DNA of 64,000 nt from positions 1 through 64,000 of the forward strand of contig JAUCBJ010008501.1 in assembly GCA_032718475.1 (NCBI GenBank). Reading direction: 5' to 3'. Both the position numbers and the translations under genes were made by a program. Shown here one piece after another: positions 26,547-36,269 of this stretch (the stretch's first letter is position 1; every line of letters starts with the position of its first letter). The DNA comes from Nemertoderma westbladi. Taxonomy: Eukaryota; Animalia; Xenacoelomorpha. Under the pieces are notes generated by a model that saw only the letters and a program-made list of their open reading frames with translations, was not told where the DNA came from and made no database searches.

Positions 26547-27659
26547 ATGTATCAAGATCACGACTACTGTATTATTGGAGGTAAGACAGGGTTAACTACC
26601 TCTAAACCCACAAATCACCCTACTTACCCTAATGGAAATCCCAGGCGTCTAGCTGGCTACGAGCGAAATAAAGGCTATAAACATTATCGCACATTCCAAG
26701 CCATTTCCGACGGCCAGCAATTTATAATGGAGGAATACAAATTGAGAATCAAAGAGAGAAAACATTTCAAAGATGGGTACACCAAAATTATTTATCACTG
26801 CCCACTCAACCGCAGAAACTACACCGTTAGATGTCCAAAAGCTTGTTACTTGCTCTTAGCTCCAGACAGTTCAGATTGCGAACTATTTATGTCTATTGCT
26901 GACCATAACCACCCGCTATCCATCTGTAACTTTTCAATATCCAAATCTACAAAGACTGCCATAATAACTATGTACACCGATGGAATTACTAAACCAGCTC
27001 ATATTATTCGTAAATTGGAGGAGCGTGGTATACAAATCGGTATACTTAAGTTGCGTAATTTCATATACCGCTATAAGCGGTCTGTTGGTTGCTACTCGGA
27101 TAGAATTATTGGAGGTAAGACAGGGATAACTACCTCTAAACCCACAAATCACCCTACTTACCCTAATGGAAATCCCAAGCGTCGAGCTGGCTACGAGCGA
27201 AATAAAGGCTATAAACATTCTCGCACATTCCAAGCCATTTCCGACGGCCAGCAATTTATAATGGAGGAATACAAATTGAGAATAAAAGAGAGAAAACATT
27301 TCAAAGATGGGTACACCAAAATTATTTATCTCTGCCCACTCAACCGCAAAAACTACACCGTTAGATGTCCAAAAGCTTGTTACCTGCTCTTAGCTCCAGA
27401 CAGTTCAGATTGCGAACTATTTATGTCTATTGCTGACCATAACCACCCGCTATCCATCTGTAAATTTTCAATATCCAAATCTACAAAGACTGCCATAATA
27501 ACTATATACAACGATGGAATTACTAAACCAGCTCATATTATTCGTAAATTGGAGGAGCGTGGTATACAAATCGGTATACTTAAGTTGCGTAATTTCTTAT
27601 ACCGCTATAAGCAGTCTCTTAGCTGTTGCTACTCGGATAGAAAATGGTTCCAATATTGA
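26547..27659 (+). CDS. Protein with two tandem WRKY/GCM1/FLYWCH-like zinc finger plus helical units (MULE transposase N-terminus-like)
   Basis: 370-aa open frame built from a 534-bp duplication; each unit has C-x10-C-x23-H-x-H (YHCPLN...CPKAC...DHNHP) followed by a helix-turn-helix-like segment; no DDE domain seen. Confidence 0.6.
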   Translation: MYQDHDYCIIGGKTGLTTSKPTNHPTYPNGNPRRLAGYERNKGYKHYRTFQAISDGQQFIMEEYKLRIKERKHFKDGYTKIIYHCPLNRRNYTVRCPKACYLLLAPDSSDCELFMSIADHNHPLSICNFSISKSTKTAIITMYTDGITKPAHIIRKLEERGIQIGILKLRNFIYRYKRSVGCYSDRIIGGKTGITTSKPTNHPTYPNGNPKRRAGYERNKGYKHSRTFQAISDGQQFIMEEYKLRIKERKHFKDGYTKIIYLCPLNRKNYTVRCPKACYLLLAPDSSDCELFMSIADHNHPLSICKFSISKSTKTAIITIYNDGITKPAHIIRKLEERGIQIGILKLRNFLYRYKQSLSCCYSDRKWFQY

Positions 27660-28974
27660 CCCCCCCCCCCCCCCCCCCCCCCTCAGTTCTTCCATATAAC
27701 TATTTGAGCTGGTAGGCCTATACTGTAAACTAGTATCGTAGTGTCGGGCGGTTGGCAATCAGGCAGGATGGATTAATTGTTGGTGATGATTTTGACGTGT
27801 TTTGGATCACTTATTTTTTGTTAATGATTAATAATAATATTGCAAATTTTTAATAATTTTAGTTCATATTGTGTTTGACAAAAATAAATCGAATGAAGGA
27901 GTATTATTATGTCTCTTATTATAATTTAGTGAAGCCTAACAATATGTTTCCTGGGCGTTGAAATCAAACAAACGAAAAGTCACACCTACATCTAGAGAGC
28001 AGTCCGATCAAATTATATGCAATAAGGAACCCGTAAAGGGACAATATTTTATAGAAAAAGTTCCTCCACCTCGTGCGCAGTTGTATTGTACCATTTGGAT
28101 GATGAAATTCGAAATTTTTTTCCAGGATTTCTAAAACATATTCAGAACGCAGAGGCCGGTATTTCTTAATTAATGGTAACTACTGTAAATAAAGAAAATC
28201 ACATATTGCTTTAAAATATTACAGTTTATTAATATATCATGTAGTAACGATTTTATAAACTATAAAATGAGGTAAAATTCTTGCTTTGAAAAAAGTACAG
28301 TATAGTTGGTTGTTGGAAATGCATAAAACCGAATTGTTCTAAAAATGTTAGTAAAATGTTAGTTCTGTAAACTAATATTAATTCGACTCTATAGAAAATG
28401 TCCGCCCTCTACAGTAAATATATTAACACTGTATGAGAGCTTCATGGCCTGAATAAATAATATATTCTAGAAGTCCTTTGTTTTTTCTTTAAAACTCGTC
28501 CCTTTAGGGGCTCCCTAAGAATGCATAGTAAGGCTGTGTGATAGACCCCTCGCCTCCACTTCACATAACCTGAATTCGTTGATGTGTTGTTTGTGAATTT
28601 TTTTATTGAATATATGCCTTTCCTTTAGTCAAATTGATTGTTGAATTCTGTCCGAGTGGTTGAGTTTTTCACGAGTTTGTAAGTTTTTAGCACGAGCGAA
28701 GCCAGTTCTTAGAATGTCAACGAGGGCAGAACATCTGAATTTTGCATAAAATGGATGGAAATAGTGTTTCCATAATATTTTATTTTGTTTGAAAATTAAT
28801 CACCAGCGTTATCATTGTCTCCTTAGATTTAATAAGATGTTACTATTAGGGCTACCAGGTACGGCACCTCTCGCTGCCATTCTGCAGGATGGGCCGGAAC
28901 TCTTACACCAAATCCTTAGTAACCCCAATCCCACACTCCTTCAATGCTATGCCGGCTTAGCAAATCAACAAAAT

Positions 28975-30012
28975 TTCACCACCACTCCACTTCCACCGCC
29001 ATACCGCAACTCCACTTCCACCGCCACACCAGAGCCACACCATAACTTCATTTCCACCGCCACACCACAACTCAACTTCCACCGCTACACCACAACTCCA
29101 CTTCCACCGCAACACCACAACTCCACTTCCACCGCCACACCACAACTCCACTTCCACCGCCACACCACAACTCCACTTCGATCACCAGACCACAACTCCA
29201 CCGCCACACCTCAACTCCACTTCTACCGCCACACCACAACTCCACTTCCACCGCCACACCACAACTCCACTCCCACCACCACACCACAACTCCACTTCCC
29301 ACAACTCCACTTCCCACAACTCCACTTCCCACAACTCCACTTCCACCGCCACACCACAATTCCACTTCCACCGCCACACCACAACTCCACTTCCACCGCC
29401 ACACCACAACTCCACTTCCACCGCCACACCACAACTCCACGTCCACGTCCACCGCCACACCACAACTCCACTTCCACCGCCACACCACAACTCCATTTCC
29501 ACAGCTACACCACAACTCAACTTCCACCGCCATACCACAACTCCACTTCCACCGCCACACCACAACTCCACGTCCACCACAACTCCACTTCCACCGCCAC
29601 ACCACAACTCCACTTCCATAGCCACACCACAACTCCACTCCCACCGCCACACCACAACTCCACAGCCACACCACAACTCCACTTCCACCCCACAACTCCA
29701 CTTCCACAGCCACACCACAACTCCACTTCCACCGCCACACCACAACTCCACTTCCACCGCCACACCACAACTTCACTTGCACCGCCACACCACAACTCCA
29801 CGTCCACCGCCACACCACAACTCCACTTCCACACCACAACTCCACTTCCACAGCCACACCACAACTCCACTTCCACCGCCACACCACAACTCCTCTTCCA
29901 CAGCCACACCACAACTCCACTTCCACCCCACACCACAACTCCACTTCCACAGCCACACCACACCACACCACAACTCCACTTCCACCGCCACACCACAACT
30001 CTACTTCCACCA
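28975..30012. repeat. 25-bp minisatellite (CCGCCACACCACAACTCCACTTCCA)n, about 40 copies
   Basis: Direct periodicity, e.g. units starting at 29226 and 29251. Confidence 0.95.
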
Positions 30013-30136
30013 TGGCTTTCTCGAGATTATCCGCATCATCAAGGCCAGTGTCCTTTAAGATAAGATGTATCATGGATTCTCTTTGGGTTTTCGGTAATGA
30101 AGAATGATGCGGAATACAGTTATTTATGGGATGCAT

Positions 30137-30965
30137 CTTAAGGACGGGGGTTACCCCTTATCTTTTTTTCATCAGATTTTTTTTAATGTGTTTTCCGATG
30201 TAAATTTTTGTGGTGATTCCAAATCTGAAATCAGTTTTTCGATTACTTGTTTTGTTATCGAGTTATGGCAACTTTTGTAATTTTCATCCAAAATTTGAAA
30301 ATTTTAATTTTGGTGCAGCACCACATTTGACACCAAAAAATATTATGAAACACCCAGAAATGTCGAAATATTTTGCCATTTTCGGAATCAGGCCGAAAAT
30401 TAGCCTATAGGTATCAAAACCGCAGAAGAAGATCATTTTTGAAAAATTTAAGAAAAATTTCACTTTTGGTGCCTGTTTGGTTAGTTGTAATCAGGAGGAA
30501 ATTTAAAACATGTTTTTCTCGGTTTATCATTTTTTTCACATCATTCCCTACTGGTACTGTGATTTTTAACCGATTTTAATTCTGTTTGCGTTTTTTCGAA
30601 GCTCCTGGTGTCGCCAATAAACGATACTACCAGTTTTTTTGTTTTTAATTATATGAAAAGTTACAGCATTTATCAAAATATGCTAAAAATTCCCGAATTT
30701 TGAAAATACTAGAATTATTAGCACATTTTGATATTATAAATAATGTAACTTTTTATATATTTCAAAAAAAATAAATCTGGCAGTATCGTTTGTTTGCGAC
30801 ACCAGGAGCTTCGAAAACACGCAAACAGAATTAAAATCGGAAACCTATATTGATACCTATAGGCTAATTTTCGGCGCCGATTCCGAAAATGGCAAAATAT
30901 TTCGACATTTCTGGGTGTTTGATGGTCTTTTTGGTGTCAAATGTGGTGCTGCACCAAAAATAAAA
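30137..30965. mobile_element. Decayed palindromic MITE/foldback, left end TTAA|GG (possibly Kolobok-like)
   Basis: 30308-30417 inverted to 30850-30960, and 30570-30634 inverted to 30777-30840; right terminus missing. Confidence 0.6.
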
Positions 30966-31793
30966 ACAATGACTGCAAATTTGCTGATGACCTATTTATA
31001 ATTAATTATTATTATCTGGAAAGCAGTTAGGAAGCCGGATATAGAAAATGTTCGTGATAAAAATTATAAGGTAATAAAGGAGAGAAAAAAAATAAGTGAA
31101 GAAGATATTATAATATTATTCTGGTAAATGAGATAATAATAGATAAATGTTGTTCCTCCTGATTATCAAATGACTATAGGAATAAGTAACTTTTTATGCA
31201 TGTCGAGCAAGAGCATATCGGTCAGGTTATCATTAGGAGTGCTGACCAATGTCCCAAAACCCATACATTTGTGCAATTGTATAATAATATTCTGCTAAGA
31301 TAATGATAAACTACCTTTGTAAAAAAAATGGCTTTACACAAACAAAACACCGCCCATATTACTATGTAGATTCTAAATCGTAGATCAGGTTGTGTTGTCT
31401 AGATAATGTTGAACAAACAAACAGACAGACACACACGACAGACAAACAGAAACTAAATGTCGCCTGTTTTACATCATTACTTACTGCGAACGAACCCCTT
31501 ATAACAACATCCGATAATCTTGCAGATAGTCGCGCAAGTGAAATAAAGTATCGTTTATTGTTTTGGTTAGGAAATATGAATTGGAGTTGAGCTGTTAATG
31601 CAACTGTAATTAATGATGTAATATTATGGTTTTGTTCAGAAATTGAAAAAAGGAGGAAGCACATCACTGGGGGTTGAACCAGGGCTATACGTACGTCGCC
31701 CGCTGTTATATGATATGCAACTTAAGACTGTCCGTTCAATACAAGTGGATTGGATGGAAAAGTAAGTGTCAGGGGCTAGAGGCTGAACTGGTT

Positions 31794-31839
31794 AGCGCTA
31801 CTGATGAGGCCTGATAGGCTGAAACGTGCTTATAGCGCT
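31794..31839 (+). ncRNA. Minimal type I hammerhead ribozyme-like motif (Penelope/retrozyme type), probably degenerate
   Basis: Stem I AGCGCTA/TAGCGCT, core CTGATGA, stem II GGCCT-gat-AGGCT, GAAA, very short stem III with UA cleavage site (one stem III mismatch). Confidence 0.7.
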
Positions 31840-33009
31840 GGTACCCCCGGTGACGTGCTTCCTCATTTTTCCATTTCTGAACAAAACACTTATTTATTAC
31901 ATTATTGGTTAGACACCTGCAGTTCCGAGCACTCACAGGTCATGTATAAAGACGAATGACATGCATATCATATGCTCTAACTGTAATTTACATATACAAA
32001 TACAATACTGTAGAATATATGAAGGGCGCAAAAATTCGCAAAAGTTTATATGTAGACTGTTAGATGGAGCCGATTTTGCAGACCAATTCGACTCTGCCGA
32101 CCACCCCTGTATGTGATATATGTAAGCCGACAACTTGCGACTTTCTCGCAGTTTCCAGTGCCGAATCCAAGCCGACCACTTGCGACTTAGTCTCAGTTCA
32201 AATTGTCTCTACCTGTATAACCTGCTATAATATAAATATCATATAAATAGTAATATTTAATAGTAATTTTAGTACGTTAATGTATGCCAGAAAGTCATGG
32301 GTTGTCCACCTTGATTATTTTCTCCATGGGGCTGCTATATAGCACAATAATGTGCACAGCAAGCTGATTCTCACGGCGAAGCATTGTCCTGCATAGCGGA
32401 GGCGGTTCCGTTAAAGTGTCAAGCTAGGGGAGATTAATGGAACACCTCAATATCTGTAAATGTATCTGTAAATTTAAAAATGTTGATTAAATTAAATACG
32501 GATTTGTATTACGGCTGGGGTTATAATATTACATTGTAGAGTAGGCCTACATATCCCAGTTAAAACGGTGCTAGCATATTGCCAGCACCGTTCTGCATCA
32601 TTTGTGCTAACATTTTGCAAGCACAAATGTCATACCCTTACCCTGTCAAAATGCTAGCATTTTGCAAGCATTATTTCCAGCATTTTGCAAGCATATTGTA
32701 AGAATATTAAATCTAGACCCCAGCATTATGTTAACATTCTGCAACAAATATTTATTGACTTGAAACAGCCGCCCCAAATCACTCGGAATACTATACTCTT
32801 TGCAATGTTCTCAAGTCGAGAATCTATAGCTTAAGGGGGTGCCCCCACCACTGGCTTGGTAGTCATCATCTTGAACATTTTTTTTGAACATCTTGAATTA
32901 TAATATTAAATTGAATTGTAATAAAACAAAAGTGTCAATAAATTTGAAACATACTGCATTAGTAAACTACAATTTAAAGTAGATTATTCAAACACAAATA
33001 ATTATAGTT

Positions 33010-33160
33010 GACATGACTGACAGTTATTGCCCCATGTCCGACTATTCTGACGGTTATTAACTCCATGTCCGACAATACTGACAGTTATTGCCCCATGTCC
33101 GACAATACTGACAGTTATTAACTCCATGTCCGACAATACTGACTGTTATTAACTCCATGT
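33010..33160. repeat. 30-31-bp tandem repeat, about 5 copies
   Basis: Unit CCATGTCCGACAATACTGACAGTTATT(GCC/AACT). Confidence 0.85.
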
Positions 33161-34125
33161 CCATCCGGAACTTCTCCTCGTCGTCCATCCAATCGCACTG
33201 GTGCCCAAAGTGCCCTCGGAAGTTGCACTTTGAGCATCGGTTGTGCAGCCTCGGACATGCACCCATCCTATGGGTCGACTCGCGGCAGTAGAGACAGGCC
33301 GTCCCCTTCTGGAAACGCTACAGGCAGCTCTTTTGCTGGAATCGCAGCCCTGTATCAATGTGTCCCGCCCCAAGTCATCCTTGGCTCCGCGTGGCCTCCT
33401 GGGTCCATGGAGCCGTTGGTAGGCAAACATCTGGACGCTATGCTCCCTACCCATGTCGATGTCCTCCTCCACCCTCGGCATTGTTTCCCCAAACACTACC
33501 CATGGTGCTGTTCCCTGTTGCTCGCCCAACCTGATCGTACTCGCCGCGAAATCCATTGCCGGCTCCCCGTGCTCCCAGGCCCGCTTGCTGGGTTTGTCCC
33601 AGAAGGCTCTCGCCCTGCTGGCCGTCACCACCCTCCCGCCCACCCAGTCCGTATCTGAGTAGCCGATCCTCGCAATCGGCGTCATTGCACCGAACTCATC
33701 CTCTTCCTCTTCCCCCGCTGGGGCCACAATTCTCTCTATCAGCGGCATCACCCCCGAACTCGTCCTCTTCTTCCCCTCCCGTTGGAGAGTAGTCCGGTTG
33801 ATCCACTATGTCCCTTTCCACTTTGGTTTCCGCCCATGACTTTCCACCCCTCCAGCTCCCTCCGTCTCTTCCTTCCAACATCGCCCTCAGTGCCGCCTGG
33901 GATGGGCATCGCTTGCAATCCTGATGTCGACTATTTCGGTGATTCCAGAAACTCGCCTGAGGTCTTCGTCTTCGTCCAGGTTCTGGGCCTCGAACTCATA
34001 TTCATCTCCCCTTATATCCGCTTCTCTCTCCGCTGCCTCCCTCCTTTCTCTCCTCACGACCTCCTCCAGTCTCCTCTCCTCGACTCTATCCGCCTCCAGC
34101 TTCTTCCACCTCTTGTATGGTGTGT
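33150..34125 (-). pseudogene. Frameshifted continuation of the exonuclease ORF: E/R coiled coil, acidic linker, two CCHC zinc knuckles
   Basis: After a frameshift reads VDTPYKRWKKLEADRVEERRLEEVVRRERREAAERE; 33195-33296 reads CLYCRESTHRMGAC-PRLHNR-CSKCNFRGHFGHQC (two C-x2-C-x4-H-x4-C). Confidence 0.7.
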
Positions 34126-35223
34126 CTACCCCTCTGCCACTAGGTGCCGGGTATCAAGGAATACCGACTCGCCCTTCAGCCCCAGGTGGTCTACAAGACC
34201 TTCAAAGGCCACCTTAAAGGCTCTCCTGTGATTCAGAGGTGCTCCTGATAGTAGAAACGCCGTTGGCTCTCTTCCGATAACCAGGGTAATGAATAGGTTT
34301 AATAAACCTATCATTATCCAATCCTCCTGTAAGATATATCTCTTCTGATATATCTTTATCGCTCCCCTTCGGAACTGATATACCTCCTGCTTTCCTGGTC
34401 TCGCTCCCCATTTCAGCGAGTTCGCAAGTTCCGCTCCGTATTCCTCCCAGAACTTGCCCCAGGCCATCGGCTTGTGGCAGACAAGCCCCATCAGTTGGCC
34501 CATCGCCACGGCTCCACAATGTCCCGTGTTCTCTACCAATCCCAACCCCTCTGGTCCCGTCATAGCCATATAGACTACTTGCATGTCCAGGAGAATGGAG
34601 GTGTCCGGTCCAATGATCCTATCCGCTTCGTCGCAGATTGCCGATCCCACCTTAACTGTATTTTTCTGCCTCACTAGCTCCTGCACCGCCCTCGGCAACC
34701 TGTTCAACTTCAGCCCGCTTTTCTTTCCGTAGGTCCCCAGGTCGAATAGAAAGATATCCCCGTTTGGCGCCGCCAAATGCAGTAATATAATTCTAGCCGA
34801 TCCCGCCAACCCCCTTCTCGAGCCCTCGTCATCCTCCATAGTCCCTTCGTCATCTAGGACCATGTACCCGCCCCTCTCCACGGAATCTACAAACCTCCTC
34901 CACTCCTTCCTCGGTGGTTCCCTCGGATACTTCGGCATCCCGAACTTCGCCTTGTCTCCCTTTACTACGTAGCAAATATGCTTGAGGATCGCATTGTCCA
35001 ACAACGGCGCCCCGTAGGTCCCAACCAGTCGTTGCTCGTGCATCTCCCTAAACTGGTCCTGTAGCACATGCGCTCTATGACCCTTCGGTAGCAGTTTGTA
35101 GCATCCTTTCGTCTTCTCCTCTGGATGCCTCTGCGTGAAGTCCACTAGTAACTCCTTCCCAGTCTTATCTGCCTTTCTCTTCTTTACCAACCTCTCTGCC
35201 ATAACGAACTTTCCCGCGCTCAC
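34126..35223 (-). CDS. DEDD (DnaQ-like, WRN/EXD-type) 3'-5' exonuclease-like ORF
   Basis: ExoI MVLDDEG, ILLHLA...IFLFDL, LPRAVQELV...VKVGSAICDE (ExoII region), LLDMQ, and YQKRYILQED (ExoIII-like), in the order expected for WRN_exo-type domains. Confidence 0.7.
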   Translation of the reverse strand: MSAGKFVMAERLVKKRKADKTGKELLVDFTQRHPEEKTKGCYKLLPKGHRAHVLQDQFREMHEQRLVGTYGAPLLDNAILKHICYVVKGDKAKFGMPKYPREPPRKEWRRFVDSVERGGYMVLDDEGTMEDDEGSRRGLAGSARIILLHLAAPNGDIFLFDLGTYGKKSGLKLNRLPRAVQELVRQKNTVKVGSAICDEADRIIGPDTSILLDMQVVYMAMTGPEGLGLVENTGHCGAVAMGQLMGLVCHKPMAWGKFWEEYGAELANSLKWGARPGKQEVYQFRRGAIKIYQKRYILQEDWIMIGLLNLFITLVIGREPTAFLLSGAPLNHRRAFKVAFEGLVDHLGLKGESVFLDTRHLVAEG

Positions 35224-35709
35224 CCAATTGGTGGGGCCTTACAAAGGCTCAATTTAAGTGAGAGCTGTTAAACAAGGTGTTATTGTTTCGTTCAGTGATA
35301 GCCTATGTCCTACATTATGCCTTTCTTGGTATATTTGTACAAATATACCCCCCAAAATGCCAATTTCCTCTAATTTATGAAATTTTGTCCGTTACTTTAA
35401 TTATGATTCCAGAATTTCCTCCCCCTAGTTGCTATAATTTATTAATTTTCTAATTTTGGTGTTATTTATATTCCCCCTCCCTGTGCTATTAATAACTGTC
35501 ACCAGATTACTCACTTAAGTAATCAATTCACTTGTATACAGAGAAGACTAGCTATAATTTTTTTAATACTGCGCTAGCTTCCTACCAGACAGCTTTCTGG
35601 CTCTGTAACAATAGCCTATACCTATACTATGGACTATGTGGTACAGTAGTCTATTTCGTGCGGCCTACATGGTTTATCCTGCTGTACCCACGTGCCCCCC
35701 TCTTCCATC

Positions 35710-36080
35710 CTTGGCGCCCTCAGTTCCCACAAGCTTTATGGTACTATGTACCCTACTGCTCCGGTATGCGTACAGGTATATATCCCCCTATTCCTCATGT
35801 GGCACCCTCAGCGCCCACAGGTTCTACGGTACTATGTACCCTACTACTACGGTATACGTACATACCCCCCAATTCCTCACGTGGCGCCCTCAGCGCCCAC
35901 AGGTTCTATGGTACTATGTACCCTACTACTACGGTATGCGTACATACCCCCCAATTCCTCACGGGGTGCCCTCAGCGCCCACAGGTTCTACGGTACTATG
36001 TGCCCTACTACTACGGTATGCGTACATACCCCCCAATTCCTTACGTGGCGCCCTCAGCTCCCACAGGTTCTGCGGTACTT
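35710..36080. repeat. 82-bp tandem repeat, about 4.5 copies, between integrase and exonuclease ORF
   Basis: CTCAGCGCCCACAGGTTCT recurs near 35807, 35889, 35971 and 36053. Confidence 0.9.
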
Positions 36081-36229
36081 AAATTAGGTACGTTGGTACA
36101 TTATTGTACCCTTCCAACGTACATAATTCTAACTACCTACTACCTAATATCTACATTACTAAGTATTTATTTTATTATTTTGCTTATATTTTTTTTGTTT
36201 TTATGTGTGGGAATGGCGTCTTGCCCTCA

Positions 36230-36243
36230 TTCCCACCCCCCTC
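36230..36243 (-). other. Candidate polypurine tract followed by TG
   Basis: Minus strand GAGGGGGGTGGGAA then TGAGGG, about 30 bp after the integrase stop. Confidence 0.5.
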
Positions 36244-36269
36244 AGTCCAGCATATTGGACAACTAAACT

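Noticed and set aside
28789-30136. 424-aa His/Thr/Pro-rich ORF and antisense Trp/Cys/Val-rich ORFs
   Set aside because: The 25-bp unit is not a multiple of 3 and lacks stops in most frames, so the ORFs are by-products of the minisatellite
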